From: Magnetovibrionaceae bacterium
Lineage (GTDB): Bacteria; Pseudomonadota; Alphaproteobacteria; Rhodospirillales; JBMYSY01
DNA: 64,000 nt
Assembly (NCBI GenBank): GCA_049603795.1
Contig: JBMYSY010000019.1
Coordinates: forward strand, 2,870 to 66,869
Direction: 5' to 3'
Within the stretch, counting starts at the first letter, position 1, and each line of letters starts with the position of its first letter. The notes under the pieces were generated by a model. The model made no database searches. It was not told the DNA's origin and worked only from the letters and a program-made list of their open reading frames with translations. Both the position numbers and the translations under genes were made by a program. Shown here one piece after another: positions 63,373-64,000 of this stretch.

Positions 63373-63999
63373 TCAGACCGGCATCCAGACGACGCCGACC
63401 GCACCTGCGCCCATCAGGCCCATGCGAACGAAATCATAGGGGAGGCTGTGTGCCCGCTGGGCCCAGACGACCGTGGTGATCAGCCGGAGAGAGAGGGCAA
63501 GGCCGGTGGCCACAATCGCCCCCCAGGCACCGAAACCCGGGATCAGGGTCAGGTAACCCACCAGGGCCACGGCCGCCGCCCCGCCATCAACGATCATCAG
63601 GCGTCTGGACGAATCGCCTGTCAGGCACCCGAGGTTCAACAAGGTCGTCGTGGCGTGCAGGGCAGCCAGCAAAGCCAGCCAGGGCACGTATTGGGCTGCA
63701 CCGTGGTAAACGTCCGGCGTGATCAGTTTCAGGACAACGGGTCCGGCCAAGGCAACACCACAGGCAGCCAAGCAGGCGACACCGACGCCGAACAGGGCCA
63801 TGCGGGCGGCGCGCTTTTCGCCGTTCTCGGCTTTCAGCACCTGGAATCGCTTGGGCAGCCAATACATGTCGAAGGGCTGAATGGCGATGGCGGTCATCAG
63901 GCCGAATTTAGCAGCAAGCGCGTAGTCGGCCATTTGGGCCGCGCCGACACTTCCCGCCAGGATCCAGCGGTCCAGGCTGCCCAAAACAAAGCCCGCCAG
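63373..63999 (-). CDS. Wzx-type polysaccharide flippase, C-terminal half (5' end outside the window)
   Basis: The frame is open to the window edge. It is polytopic, with the YALAAKF...P motif region of the polysaccharide-biosynthesis (MOP) family. Confidence 0.75.
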   Translation of the reverse strand: MAGFVLGSLDRWILAGSVGAAQMADYALAAKFGLMTAIAIQPFDMYWLPKRFQVLKAENGEKRAARMALFGVGVACLAACGVALAGPVVLKLITPDVYHGAAQYVPWLALLAALHATTTLLNLGCLTGDSSRRLMIVDGGAAAVALVGYLTLIPGFGAWGAIVATGLALSLRLITTVVWAQRAHSLPYDFVRMGLMGAGAVGVVWMPV

Positions 64000-64000
64000 A

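Overview
This is a GC-rich (roughly 60%) chromosome segment. The FYDLN_acid-aroA-cmk-rpsA-sppA-ihfB-lapA synteny suggests an alphaproteobacterium. The left edge carries the 3' end of cas9, then cas1, cas2 and a type II-C CRISPR array of 23 repeats and 22 spacers (36-nt Neisseria-like repeat, all spacers 30 nt). Beyond the array lies an AT-rich, decayed flank with a diverged repeat copy in anti-repeat orientation (candidate tracrRNA), two tiny hydrophobic ORFs and a transposase relic. Next come a metallophosphoesterase, exported S1 and S8 proteases with a Tat-lipoprotein amidohydrolase, a LysR/NmrA pair, a lipid kinase, two sensory proteins, and a low-GC decayed islet beside tRNA-Ala(GGC). The housekeeping block has a low-GC two-gene insertion between aroA and cmk. 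After it come a LuxO-like sigma-54 activator with phosphorelay and partner-switching genes, a DUF433/PIN-like pair and SelO. The right ~17 kb is an exopolysaccharide cluster (Wzx, Wzy-like, GlmS, glycosyltransferases, Wzz-like, priming transferase, STAS, Wza-like, BY-kinase-like). The most interesting unannotated signal is four well-formed sigma-54 (-24/-12) promoters. Each has its -12 GC 37-47 nt upstream of a Shine-Dalgarno-preceded ATG. Together they appear to link the LuxO-like activator to its own phosphorelay operon, a small-ORF-glmM-kinase/REC/PP2C operon, the STAS-Wza export operon and an orphan small ORF. The second is the CRISPR periphery: the tracrRNA candidate, a 10-nt identity running past the repeat into one spacer, and three spacers against homologous protospacers. 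All calls come from reading the sequence by eye. No database search was run, so family names rest on recognised motifs.
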